From NCBI GenBank assembly GCA_013334245.1, contig JAAXXZ010000001.1:54675-118674 (forward strand): a stretch of 64,000 bases of DNA. The letters are read 5' to 3'. Below the pieces are notes generated by a model. The model saw only the letters and a list, made by a program, of their open reading frames with translations, made no database searches and was not told where the DNA came from. How positions within the stretch are numbered: the first letter of the stretch is position 1; the number at the start of each line of letters is the position of its first letter. A program made the translations under genes and the position numbers. The stretch comes from Candidatus Moraniibacteriota bacterium. GTDB lineage: Bacteria; Patescibacteriota; Minisyncoccia; Moranbacterales; UBA1568. Shown here in pieces: positions 8,188 through 17,514 of the stretch.

Positions 8188-8265
8188 CCTCTCTACTCCG
8201 CTTATCCTAGCCGAAACGGCGAAAATTGTCCAACCGTTCACATGTTTCTTTCAACTATTCGACAT

Positions 8266-8820
8266 TCACCCCATCATTTCTTTCAAAGCATCCAGGCATG
8301 GCGGCAGTTCGAACCATCCCGCCGAAGTGTTGAGATGCTTACCGCCCTGAACGACGGTTAATTCGGCGGATAGTTCCGAGGACAGGCGTTCCGCGTCTTT
8401 CATGGGCACATAGGGATCGTCATCTCCCTGAATGACGGCGAAGCGACCGCATTTTGAAGAGATGGTCGAAAAATCGAATCCGTCTTCCAAAAAATTATCT
8501 ATCGTTCTATTGTCATTCTTGGATATCGGCCCGGCAACGAGTACGGCCCCTTGGATGGGATGCACATTGTCATTCTCCAGGTACCGCAATATCGCCGTTG
8601 CACCCAAGGAATGACCTACGAGGTACACCTCGTCGCCGACAGACCATTCTACGGCTCTTTCTATCTCGCCGACCCACTCAGAACACAGCGGCCACTCCGG
8701 ATCCGGCATGGGCAGCGCACAGGCATAGATATCCTTCTTCTCGAGTTCCGCCATGAGCCACGGCCGCCACCCGCCGTTCGGCGTCCCCTGAAAGCCATGG
8801 ATGATAAAGACCTTTTTCAT
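8266..8820 (-). CDS. alpha/beta serine hydrolase of the RBBP9/YdeN family (second paralogue)
   Basis: MKKVFIIHGFQG..., LVGHSLGA (GxSxG), PF06821-like length of 184 aa. Its start overlaps the idi stop. Confidence 0.7.
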   Translation of the reverse strand: MKKVFIIHGFQGTPNGGWRPWLMAELEKKDIYACALPMPDPEWPLCSEWVGEIERAVEWSVGDEVYLVGHSLGATAILRYLENDNVHPIQGAVLVAGPISKNDNRTIDNFLEDGFDFSTISSKCGRFAVIQGDDDPYVPMKDAERLSSELSAELTVVQGGKHLNTSAGWFELPPCLDALKEMMG

Positions 8821-9371
8821 AGACTATTCTCCGCCAACAATTCCCGTACGATCCCCTTTTCCTCCAGCAGCAAGGCCTCTTCCTCGCACCACTCCGAATA
8901 GGTCCCGGGATGCTCGCGGATCTCGGCTAGGAAGTCGTCCCAATCCGCCCACCGTGTCGCCTCGACCTCGTCAGCGGCCGGATTCGGTTCGACGGATGCG
9001 ATTCCGATAAAAACCGGGCAGATCTCGTTTTCCGTCACGCCCTCCCTGGTGAACTTGTACCGGTATGGCATGCCGAACCGGAGTATATCCGCCTTCATGC
9101 CGAGCTCGCGGTCCAGCCGTCGCGCAACCGCATCGATACGTTCCTCGCCGGGACCGGGATGACCGCAACAGCTGTTCGACCAGACCAACGGCCAAACTTT
9201 CTTCACATGACTTCGCTGCTGCAGGAGTAGCTTTCCATCAGATTTTCGGAACAGGAAACAGGAAAACGCCCGATGAAGCGGCGTCTCCAACCCGTGGACC
9301 TCCGATTTCGGCATCGTGCCGATCTCGGTATCGTTTTCGTCTATCAGGACGACCAGTTCGACTTCGGACAT
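8817..9371 (-). CDS. idi: isopentenyl-diphosphate delta-isomerase, type 1 (Nudix fold)
   Basis: HRAFSCFLF, WSNSCCGHP and E-rich Nudix-like motifs characteristic of IDI-1. 184 aa. Confidence 0.85.
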   Translation of the reverse strand: MSEVELVVLIDENDTEIGTMPKSEVHGLETPLHRAFSCFLFRKSDGKLLLQQRSHVKKVWPLVWSNSCCGHPGPGEERIDAVARRLDRELGMKADILRFGMPYRYKFTREGVTENEICPVFIGIASVEPNPAADEVEATRWADWDDFLAEIREHPGTYSEWCEEEALLLEEKGIVRELLAENSL

Positions 9372-9374
9372 AGT

Positions 9375-9408
9375 CAGTGAACAGTTAACATGGAACAGAT
9401 AACAGGGA
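9375..9408. repeat. dispersed intergenic repeat, motif A (revcomp TCCCTGTTATCTGTTCCATGTTAACTG)
   Basis: Shares CTGTTATCTGTTCCATGT exactly with 35196-35221. Related copies at 10631-10663, 26813-26864, 43089-43133, 48345-48367, 58945-58978. Confidence 0.55.
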
Positions 9409-9502
9409 GCACGAACCGCACCCCCCCCGGCTCCTCTTCCAGAGAGGCGCTGCTGAGTCGTCGAAGGTGAGGGATAGGAGGCTCAACCTTCAATATACAA
9501 AT

Positions 9503-9736
9503 CTACTTGGCTGCCGATGTATCAGCGGCTTCCATATCAGCCGGTTTCAGCTTCGAAAAGAAAAAGATGTAGATAATCTCGAGCAGACCGATCGTATTGA
9601 GCACCAGCAACACGACAAACCAGGCTTTCTGGCCGTTCCGTGCCGCCCTCCAGAGCGCGACCCCTTTCCAGGCAAGCGACCAGATAAGTACCGGCACGAG
9701 AATCGCCAGAGCCTGCGGGACAAGATTCGGATTCAT
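9503..9736 (-). CDS. small two-helix membrane protein (PLDc_N-like family)
   Basis: 77 aa with two hydrophobic helices separated by WRAARNGQKAW. AT-rich promoter region upstream. Confidence 0.45.
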   Translation of the reverse strand: MNPNLVPQALAILVPVLIWSLAWKGVALWRAARNGQKAWFVVLLVLNTIGLLEIIYIFFFSKLKPADMEAADTSAAK

Positions 9737-9827
9737 AGGATTTTTATTATCATTATATGCACGATTATATCATATCGCCTCCCGACCCGCCCCTTTCGAT
9801 CATCCATCGGATTTCGACAGAGTGACA

Positions 9828-10490
9828 TCAGCATTTCCCCTCCACTTCCTTCCAGAACTGAGTGAAAAAATCCTTCATAAAATCGCTCCTTTCCCGTGCG
9901 ATCGTTTTTCCGGTCTTCGTCAGCAATCGGTCCTTGAGATGCTTCAGATGCTTTTCGTACTCGAGAAAAACCGAGTCCTCATTCGTATACGAATAGTCCT
10001 TGTCATGCTTCGCAAGTTCCTTCTCGTTTCCCGTATAGAGTGTCTTGGAACCCGCCATCCCGGCAAAAAGAAACGCCCGCCCCACGCCTATCGCGCCGAG
10101 CGAATCCAGCTTGTCCGCATCGAACAGTATCTTCGCTTCCAGGCTCTCCGGGATGTTCTTCCCGCGTTTCCGGTGCGTCCGGATGCAATGCGTCACCCGG
10201 TCGATAAAATCCGGTTCGCAACCGAGTCGGACGAGAATGTTTCGAGCTTCTTCTGCTCCGTGCTCCGCGTGGCAGAATCCTCCACCCTTTCGCATCTCCT
10301 CGCCGCGAGACACGTCATGCAAAAGCGCTGCCGCCGCGAGCACGTGCAAATCCGCGTCCTCGGCCTTGCCGATCCGACCAGCCAGTGCCCGCACCCGCTC
10401 GACGTGTGTCCAATCATGACACCCCGAAGCATCGACGAAGTATTTCTTCGCCTCAATCTCAATCGCTTCGAGAAGCTGTTTCTTTGTCAT
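9828..10490 (-). CDS. HD-domain metal-dependent phosphohydrolase
   Basis: H...HD motif (CHDWTHVERV ... LLHDVSR) and downstream D (FDADKLD). Start at internal ATG M11; the track start is GTG. Confidence 0.7.
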   Translation of the reverse strand: MTKKQLLEAIEIEAKKYFVDASGCHDWTHVERVRALAGRIGKAEDADLHVLAAAALLHDVSRGEEMRKGGGFCHAEHGAEEARNILVRLGCEPDFIDRVTHCIRTHRKRGKNIPESLEAKILFDADKLDSLGAIGVGRAFLFAGMAGSKTLYTGNEKELAKHDKDYSYTNEDSVFLEYEKHLKHLKDRLLTKTGKTIARERSDFMKDFFTQFWKEVEGKC

Positions 10491-10522
10491 AGCCGAAATT
10501 TCATATGCGACCAAGCTCACAT

Positions 10523-10607
10523 CCTGTCATTCCGGCCTCCGAGCCGGAATCTATTTCCTGGATCCCGGGTCAACCAGCATACGCCGGTCAAAAGCCCGGG
10601 ATGACAG
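10523..10607 (-). other. nested inverted-repeat element between lysS stop and HD hydrolase start. Outer stem CTGTCAT/ATGACAG encloses hairpins TTCCGGC-CTCCGA-GCCGGAA and TCCCGGG...CCCGGGA
   Basis: Read directly from sequence. Possible attenuator, terminator or protein binding site. Confidence 0.3.
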
Positions 10608-10663
10608 TAGCAAACGACGATTCTTCTTTCGTTGTTACCTGTTCAATGTTATCTGCTCCCTGG

Positions 10664-12151
10664 CTACTCCCGACTCCGCATCGGCGGGAAGATGACGGTT
10701 TCGCGGATGGAACGGTCCATAAGGACGGCGAAGAGCCGTTCGCTCATGCCGAAACCGAACGCCGGCGGCATGCCGTATTCGAGCGCCTCGAGGAAGTCCT
10801 CGTCGAGCATCATGCCCTCTGCATCGCCAGCCTCACGAAGTCTCATCTGCTCCTCGAAGCGGCGGCGCTGGTCGGCCGGGTCATTGAGTTCCGAAAACCC
10901 GTTCCCAAGCTCGCTCATGGCCGCGATAGGCTGCATACGCAGTACGCGCCGCGGATTCGTCGGGTCTGACTTTGCCAAAGGCGACACCTCGATAGGATGA
11001 CCGACGAGAAAGCATGGCTGCACCAGTTTCTGCCGCACGGTCTTCTTGTAGATCGTGTCGATAAGTCGGCCCTTCCCGGCCGCCGGATCATATTTGATAC
11101 CACGCTCCTCCGCCTTGGCGCGAAGCATATCGACGGTAACGTCTTCCGAGAGGTCGATACCCGTTTCCTTTTCGAATTCCGTGAAATAATCCACACGCGG
11201 AAACGGCTTTGACCAGTCGAGCTCAGCGCCTTCATAGACCGTCGTGAGTTTCCCATCGTTCACGACACGTACGATCTCACGATACAGCCGCTCGGTCATT
11301 TCCATGCCCTGTTCCAGATCGAGGTATGCGGCATAGAATTCGACATCGTCGTATTCCTGCAGATGGTCGCGGTCGACACCTTCGTTCCTAAACAGTCTGC
11401 CGATCTCGAACACGCGCTCATAACCACCCACGAGAAGCCGTTTCAAGGCAAGTTCGAGAGAGATGCGGAGATAGAAGTCCTGATCAAGGGCGTTGTGATG
11501 CGTTATGAACGGCTCCGCTTCCGCACCTCCGGGAATATGCTCCAAAACGGGGGTCTGCACCTCGAGGAATCCCTCGCCGGCAAGAAACGTGCGCACGGTC
11601 TGCCAGAACTGGTTCTTCTTCCGAAACATTTCACGCGTCTCGGGATTCGTAAGCAGATCAAGATACCTGCGACGAAGCAGCTCTTCCTTGTCCTCAATGC
11701 CGAAGTGATCCGTCGGAATCGGACGCATGGATTTTCCGAGTATTCTCCACGACTTCACGGCAATCGTTTTCTCTTCCTTTTTCGTGAGAAACATCGTTCC
11801 GTGCACGTTCACGAAATCGCCCATTTCGATCGTATCGGAAAACAACTTGAACGCCTCCGAACCCAAATCCGCTTCGGAGAGAAATATCTGTATGCGACCG
11901 CTTCCGTCCTCAAGGTGCGCAAACGCGATCTTACCCATCGTCCGGACGGAACGGATCCTGCCGGCAACGATGATTTCTGCTCCGGATTCCGACAGCACCT
12001 GAAACGAAGAGGCCGCTTCAGACGCGGTGTGGGTTCGCTCCGTCTTCTCGGGGTACGCCGTACCGTACGATTCGGTCAGTCTTGCAAGTTTCTCCGCTTT
12101 CGCTGCCAGTATGTCTTCGCGCATAGGTATGTGTTGATTCAGATCGATCAT
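10664..12151 (-). CDS. lysS: lysine--tRNA ligase (class II)
   Basis: OB anticodon-binding N-domain plus class II motifs (FRNEGVDRDHLQEYDDVEFY, MSELGNGFSELNDPADQRRRFEEQ). Start at internal ATG M12; the track start is TTG. Confidence 0.9.
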   Translation of the reverse strand: MIDLNQHIPMREDILAAKAEKLARLTESYGTAYPEKTERTHTASEAASSFQVLSESGAEIIVAGRIRSVRTMGKIAFAHLEDGSGRIQIFLSEADLGSEAFKLFSDTIEMGDFVNVHGTMFLTKKEEKTIAVKSWRILGKSMRPIPTDHFGIEDKEELLRRRYLDLLTNPETREMFRKKNQFWQTVRTFLAGEGFLEVQTPVLEHIPGGAEAEPFITHHNALDQDFYLRISLELALKRLLVGGYERVFEIGRLFRNEGVDRDHLQEYDDVEFYAAYLDLEQGMEMTERLYREIVRVVNDGKLTTVYEGAELDWSKPFPRVDYFTEFEKETGIDLSEDVTVDMLRAKAEERGIKYDPAAGKGRLIDTIYKKTVRQKLVQPCFLVGHPIEVSPLAKSDPTNPRRVLRMQPIAAMSELGNGFSELNDPADQRRRFEEQMRLREAGDAEGMMLDEDFLEALEYGMPPAFGFGMSERLFAVLMDRSIRETVIFPPMRSRE

Positions 12152-12233
12152 CCCCACTCTACCGGGTTTTCGGCCCGAAGACAAGCAAAAAGGCTCCCGT
12201 AAGGGAGCCCTGGACTGATACCGGCAATAGCCG

Positions 12234-12689
12234 CTATGCCACCGACGTGATTACGCACTTGAGTTTCCCTGCCGGCACTTCGATCTCGACATGCTCGTCC
12301 TTAGATCGGCCCATGAGGGCGCGCCCGAACGGCGAATCGCTCGAGATGAGTCCTTCCGCGGGGTTCACCTCGTTCGTCCCGACGATGGTAAAACGCATCT
12401 CCTTCCCTTTGCAGTCGAGAATCACCGAGGAACCTATCTGGACGGACAAGGAGCCGGTCGTCTTCTCGACGACGGTCGCCTCTTTCAGTGTCGCTTCCAG
12501 CTCCATGATGCGGGTCTCGTTCTCGTTCTGCTGATGCTTTGCCTCGCTATACTCGGCATTCTCCGAAAGATCACCCTGTTCCTTCGCCTCCTTGATGGCG
12601 GACGCGATCTCCTGCCGGAGTCTGATTTTCCGGTCTTCGAGTTCCTCCTGCAGTTTTATCATTCCCTCGCGGGTAAGTATCTTGGCCAT
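12234..12689 (-). CDS. greA: transcription elongation factor GreA
   Basis: MAKILTREGMIKLQEELE... N-terminal coiled coil with acidic tip (GDLSENAEY) and FKBP-like C-domain. Start at internal ATG M40. Confidence 0.9.
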   Translation of the reverse strand: MAKILTREGMIKLQEELEDRKIRLRQEIASAIKEAKEQGDLSENAEYSEAKHQQNENETRIMELEATLKEATVVEKTTGSLSVQIGSSVILDCKGKEMRFTIVGTNEVNPAEGLISSDSPFGRALMGRSKDEHVEIEVPAGKLKCVITSVA

Positions 12690-12844
12690 GGTTTCTTTCT
12701 GATGTGTTACCTCAAATGTCGCCCGAAGTATCGGGCATGGGAACCCGGACGGTTCCCTCGGACAAAAAAGTGCTTCCAATGGTAGCACGGATGAATCCGA
12801 TGTCAAGAGTCAGTTTTTCTGGCTTTTATAAGGCATAAATCTGA

Positions 12845-14743
12845 CTATTGACCGCCCGCATCGCCGCCGGACAGACGCTCGCGAAAATACCAGTCATAAA
12901 TGTCCTTCGTCACCGGCACCGTATTGTACGTCTCATCCCCTTCCTGCCCCTCAACCAGGACAATGAGCGCGATTTTCGGATTGTCGTACGGGGCGAAAGA
13001 AACGAACCATCCGTGGGTCCTTCCGTTTGTCCCGAACTGGGCGGTTCCGGTCTTTCCGGCCACGGGAAAAGATAACGTCTTCAGGGACTGGGCCGTCCCG
13101 TCGGTCACCGTCTCGCGCATGCCCTCCCGGACGATGCGGAGTATATCCTTGCCGATAAATCCTTCCCGTATGACCTTCGGCGGGTTTTGGACGGTCTTTC
13201 CGTCGACTCCGCGTATCTGTGATACCACCCGCGGCTCGTACAGGGCGCCTCCGTTGGCGATGGCAGCTATCGAATTCACAATCTGCAAGGGAGTCGCCGT
13301 GATGAATCCCTGACCGATGGACGAGTGATAATCATCTCCGATATACCACGGCTCACCGGTCGTCGACTTTTTCCATTCCTGATCCGGCAAGAACCCGTCC
13401 GCTTCGCCCGGCAGGTCGATTCCGGACGGCGATCCGTATCCGAACAGGGTGGCATACTTCTTTATCCGCGAAATACCGAGTCCCGAGATATTCCCATAGC
13501 CTCCTCCTACGGTATAGAAGAAGACGTCGCTCGATACGGCGATCGCCCGGCGTATATCCGTGAAGCCGTGCGCCTTCCAATCTCCGAAGAAGAAGCTCCC
13601 TACCGAAATACCGCCTTTCGATTCAATTTCGGTGCGCTCGTCGACGACGCCTTCGGACAACGCGGCGGAAGCCATGACCGGCTTGAACGTCGAACCCGGC
13701 GCATATTCCCCGGCAATCGCACGGTTGAAAAGCGGTTTCGCATCATCCGAAAGCAGGGATTTGTACGCATCGTTCGAAATCCCTTCGGAAAACAGGTTGT
13801 TATCGAATCCGGGCACCGAAACCAATGCGAGCACGGCGCCGTCTTGCGGGTCGATCGCGACGGCCGCACCGCGGGAAAGCCCCCGCTCATCCAGTATCGC
13901 CTGCAGAGAATCGTACGTCTTCTTTTCGAGTTCGGCATCGATGTTGAGAATAAGGTCGTTTCCCGGCTTCGCGGCGACGGATCCAAGCAGCTTCTTCGGT
14001 CGGCCGAGCGCGTCCACCTCGACCCGTTCATATCCCCGTTCACCGCGGAGCGCATCCTCGTAACCTTTCTCGACCCCCTGCTTTCCGATCATTTCCGTCG
14101 GCAGATAATCCGACCCTTCGGAAAGCTCGGTTTCGGTGATTTTCCCCTCGTAACCGATCAGATGGGAAAAAATGACGCTGTCCGAATATTCACGATAGGC
14201 CGATTTGAACAGACTGACACCGGGAAACTCCTTCTGACGGGCGGCAAAGGAAATCATTTCTTCCTGAGTGAGTTTCGGCTTGATGAGAATCGGAGAAACC
14301 CGAGCAACGTCCTCTCGGACCGCCAAAACCGCGTCGACCGTGACGGGGTCCGCGTGCAGGACGGAGAGGATCGCGTTGCGAAGGCGCTCCCGATCGGCAT
14401 CGTCTTTCGGGAGGTCGACCGGGACTATTGCCGCGCCGATACTCGGGACATTGCCCACCAGCGGCTTTCCATACCGATCGTAAATTATGCCGCGCGGAGC
14501 CGTCCGAGGTATCTGCCTGACGCTGTTCCGTTCCGCCATCGCACCGTACTTCCCCCCCTGAAAAACGTTCATGAATACGACACGGCCGAAAAGAACGGCG
14601 AGCAGACCGGCGGACACTGCGAAATACCCCTTCGCCCATTTTCGGCGGAGCGGCCACTCGACCTTCGCGGCTTCCCTCTGCGTGATGGTCAGCACCGCGT
14701 CATCGATCTCGTTCCCTCTTCCTTTGGGCATTTTTCCGAACAT
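12845..14743 (-). CDS. mrdA: penicillin-binding protein 2 / peptidoglycan D,D-transpeptidase (class B PBP)
   Basis: N-terminal TM anchor, dimerisation domain, transpeptidase motifs (STFKP, SSD/SSN-like, KTGTA). Lies downstream of mreBCD. Start at internal ATG M77; the track start is GTG. Confidence 0.85.
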   Translation of the reverse strand: MFGKMPKGRGNEIDDAVLTITQREAAKVEWPLRRKWAKGYFAVSAGLLAVLFGRVVFMNVFQGGKYGAMAERNSVRQIPRTAPRGIIYDRYGKPLVGNVPSIGAAIVPVDLPKDDADRERLRNAILSVLHADPVTVDAVLAVREDVARVSPILIKPKLTQEEMISFAARQKEFPGVSLFKSAYREYSDSVIFSHLIGYEGKITETELSEGSDYLPTEMIGKQGVEKGYEDALRGERGYERVEVDALGRPKKLLGSVAAKPGNDLILNIDAELEKKTYDSLQAILDERGLSRGAAVAIDPQDGAVLALVSVPGFDNNLFSEGISNDAYKSLLSDDAKPLFNRAIAGEYAPGSTFKPVMASAALSEGVVDERTEIESKGGISVGSFFFGDWKAHGFTDIRRAIAVSSDVFFYTVGGGYGNISGLGISRIKKYATLFGYGSPSGIDLPGEADGFLPDQEWKKSTTGEPWYIGDDYHSSIGQGFITATPLQIVNSIAAIANGGALYEPRVVSQIRGVDGKTVQNPPKVIREGFIGKDILRIVREGMRETVTDGTAQSLKTLSFPVAGKTGTAQFGTNGRTHGWFVSFAPYDNPKIALIVLVEGQEGDETYNTVPVTKDIYDWYFRERLSGGDAGGQ

Positions 14744-14808
14744 AGACGATAGGACGTTATATTCCGGCTCCGTCCGATAGACGGTCAGGTTCCGAATCAG
14801 ACCGTATC

Positions 14809-15339
14809 TCAAAAGGCATTGGGGGAATCGAAGTACGCAAGCCAGTCCTCGACCCGGCGCAGGACGACCGATATGATCGGGAACATCAGGATTCCGATTC
14901 CGAACGTCACCGCAACGGTACCCCACGATATGATGCCGGGCTCGCGTCCAAAGGCATTGCCATCGAACCACGGAGCCACCATCAGGAATCCGAGAGCACC
15001 ACCTCCCACGATGACGCCCGCGGACAGATGCATCATGATCCCATGTTCGACCGCGAAACGACGGGACAGGAAACTAACGGTGTACGCCAGGCCGGCACAA
15101 AACGCGGCCAGAAGCCCCAACCGGCCAAGCGAGGCTATATCGCATACGAGCCCGATGACGATTACGGCCGGAAGGGCGCGCATGAAACCGTGGGTCAAGG
15201 AAAGCGACACCGCCACGCAAAAGAGGACGATCGGAAACAGCATGGGAACGTCCGGATATGCGACGTTCAGAACGGACGCTCCGAACAACGCGAGAAGCAC
15301 GACAAGAATGATACGGATCAGGAACGCGTTCATATGCAT
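14809..15339 (-). CDS. mreD: rod shape-determining protein MreD
   Basis: About 175 aa polytopic membrane protein immediately downstream of mreC. Start at second codon ATG; the track start is TTG. Confidence 0.7.
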   Translation of the reverse strand: MHMNAFLIRIILVVLLALFGASVLNVAYPDVPMLFPIVLFCVAVSLSLTHGFMRALPAVIVIGLVCDIASLGRLGLLAAFCAGLAYTVSFLSRRFAVEHGIMMHLSAGVIVGGGALGFLMVAPWFDGNAFGREPGIISWGTVAVTFGIGILMFPIISVVLRRVEDWLAYFDSPNAF

Positions 15340-15413
15340 CAATCGTACGACGAACCGGCTGCCTGCACCGGATAACTCGGGTGACGCGAATCGGGCAAGG
15401 CCACCATGCCTAA

Positions 15414-16220
15414 CTACCGTATCAGAAACAGGAATCGAAGTTTTCCGAAATCGACCGGAGACAACACGCTCGCCTCCCGAAACAGCCGATCGCCGGAATC
15501 CCGGACGGAACTCACCGTCCCGATCAATAATCCCGACGGCACCGTCCCACCGACGCCGGACGTCACGACCCGGTCCCCCTGCGCGAGCGGAGCGGACTGA
15601 AGGACGTTGACATACGAAATCCCAAGATTCCTGTCTCCCCGAACGACCCCCTGCGTCCCGTTCACCAGAGTGATTCCCCCGAGAGCGCTGTCGGAATCGG
15701 TAACGAGTGCGATCCGCGCACTCGCGGGATACGTTTCCTCCACGATGCCCACCAAGACGCCCTCTCCGACAATGGCCGGCATCCCGCTCCGGACGCCGTG
15801 CATCGAACCGCGGTTTATGACGACGGATCCGCGCTCGTTCACACCGCCCGAAGCGATCACTTCGCCTGCGAGCAGGTCGAATTTTTCGCGCGCTTCCAAT
15901 CCTATCGATTTCCGGAGTGTCTCGTTCTCGTCCCGCATCGAGAGCAATCCGGAATTCTCCGCCAACAGACGGACGTTCTCCTCGGTCAGCCGTTCGTTCT
16001 CACGCTTCATGTCGCCGACAGAGGTCAGAAAGTCCCGAGCGTCGACGAACGAGTGGGAAATCGCGGAAAGCAGGCGCTCAACGGGAAGGAATATCGTATG
16101 AAAGCTGCCTCTCAGGAATGATCCGACCGGTGTCGGATTCCACGAAGCGAGACCGAAAAGCATGAAAAGCGAGACGAGTATCCGAAACAGTTTCGAATGT
16201 GAGAATCCTCTCGGGTTCAT
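15414..16220 (-). CDS. mreC: rod shape-determining protein MreC
   Basis: N-terminal TM, coiled coil (ENERLTEENVRLLAEN), beta-rich C-domain with GGxFPxG-like motif (GGTVPSGLLIGTV). Confidence 0.8.
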   Translation of the reverse strand: MNPRGFSHSKLFRILVSLFMLFGLASWNPTPVGSFLRGSFHTIFLPVERLLSAISHSFVDARDFLTSVGDMKRENERLTEENVRLLAENSGLLSMRDENETLRKSIGLEAREKFDLLAGEVIASGGVNERGSVVINRGSMHGVRSGMPAIVGEGVLVGIVEETYPASARIALVTDSDSALGGITLVNGTQGVVRGDRNLGISYVNVLQSAPLAQGDRVVTSGVGGTVPSGLLIGTVSSVRDSGDRLFREASVLSPVDFGKLRFLFLIR

Positions 16221-16280
16221 ATGATATCGTTCTGATAGGACACACGCCTTTTTCGAACGCCCGTCGCGACCGTTCGAAGT

Positions 16281-17375
16281 TTATCGGAGCGAACCGGCCG
16301 ATCCCGATTCGATGAGCACTTCCTGCAGATGCTCCATATCGTCAAGCACCACACCGGTCCCGCGAGCGACCGCGGTAAGCGGATCTTCCATCAGCCGGAC
16401 CGGGATTCCGGTCTGGTTCGCGAAGAGCTTGTCGATTCCGCGTATAAGACTCCCACCGCCCGCCAAAATGATGCCGCGACCCATGATATCCGCGATAAGC
16501 TCGGGCGGCGTTTCCTCGACGATCGTCTTGATGGTGTTCGTGATGACGCGTATCGAATGCGAAAGCGCTTCGCGGACGTGCTCGTCGTTCATGATGATTT
16601 CCTTCGGCAGCCCGGATACGAGATCGCGACCCCGAACCGGCATCGTCATCTTTTCCCTCATGGGATACGCGCTTCCGATGGCGATTTTCGCCTCCTCGGC
16701 GGTGCGTTCACCGATCAGGAGATTGAATTCGTCCCGGCAATACCGGACGATATCCTGATTCATCTTGTCTCCCGCGATCCGAAGACTGCGCGATATGACA
16801 ACGCCACCGAGCGAAATGACTGCGATTTCCGTGGTGCCGCCGCCGATGTCGACTACCATGTTTCCCGCTGCTTCCGTAACCGGGAGCCTCGCCCCGATAG
16901 CGGCAGCCATAGGCTCATCGATCAGGAACGCCTGTCGGGCACCCGCGTTCTGTGCGGCTTCGACGACGGCACGCTTCTCCACTTCGGTGACGCCGGACGG
17001 GATACCGATCAACACCCGGGGTCGCCTGAGAAACATCATGTTACCCTGATGAACCTTGCTGATGAAATACCGGAGCATCTGTTGCGTCACTTCGAAATCG
17101 GAAACCACACCATTGACCAGAGGGCGGGTCACCGTAATATGTCCAGGGGTTTTCCCGACCATCCGCTTGGCATTCTTCCCGATAGCAAGAATCTGCCCGG
17201 TCCGCTTGTTCACCGCGACGACTGACGGTTCGTTTATGACGATTCCCCGACCACGGACGAAAACCAACGTATTCGCCGTACCGAGATCGATTCCGATATC
17301 CTGGGAAAAACGCCCAAAAATGCTTTCAATGAAGTTTTTTTTCAGTGTGCCAAAAAATGTTTCGATCGAAGACAT
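16281..17375 (-). CDS. mreB: rod shape-determining protein MreB (actin homologue)
   Basis: IGIDLGTANTLVFV phosphate-1 motif, VVDIGGGTTEIAVIS phosphate-2, adenosine motif. Start at internal ATG M28. Confidence 0.9.
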   Translation of the reverse strand: MSSIETFFGTLKKNFIESIFGRFSQDIGIDLGTANTLVFVRGRGIVINEPSVVAVNKRTGQILAIGKNAKRMVGKTPGHITVTRPLVNGVVSDFEVTQQMLRYFISKVHQGNMMFLRRPRVLIGIPSGVTEVEKRAVVEAAQNAGARQAFLIDEPMAAAIGARLPVTEAAGNMVVDIGGGTTEIAVISLGGVVISRSLRIAGDKMNQDIVRYCRDEFNLLIGERTAEEAKIAIGSAYPMREKMTMPVRGRDLVSGLPKEIIMNDEHVREALSHSIRVITNTIKTIVEETPPELIADIMGRGIILAGGGSLIRGIDKLFANQTGIPVRLMEDPLTAVARGTGVVLDDMEHLQEVLIESGSAGSLR

Positions 17376-17514
17376 AGGGTACGCCGAAAAAAAAGGGCGG
17401 AATAGGTCACTCCCCATTCTATCCCATATACTGGAAAACTTCCAGTGCGGGCACATACGACTTTCGCAATTCGAAAAGTGTGAGCGCCGGGAGCCGAAAC
17501 CGGTGCCGAGTCCC

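Noticed and set aside
8053-8241. 62-aa ORF on the minus strand
   Set aside because: It is the tRNA-Val gene read as protein.
12845-14971. Long N-terminal extension of PBP2 (track ORF starts at 14971)
   Set aside because: The track start is GTG far upstream. The first ATG (M77, 14743) immediately precedes the membrane anchor, as in characterised PBP2 proteins.
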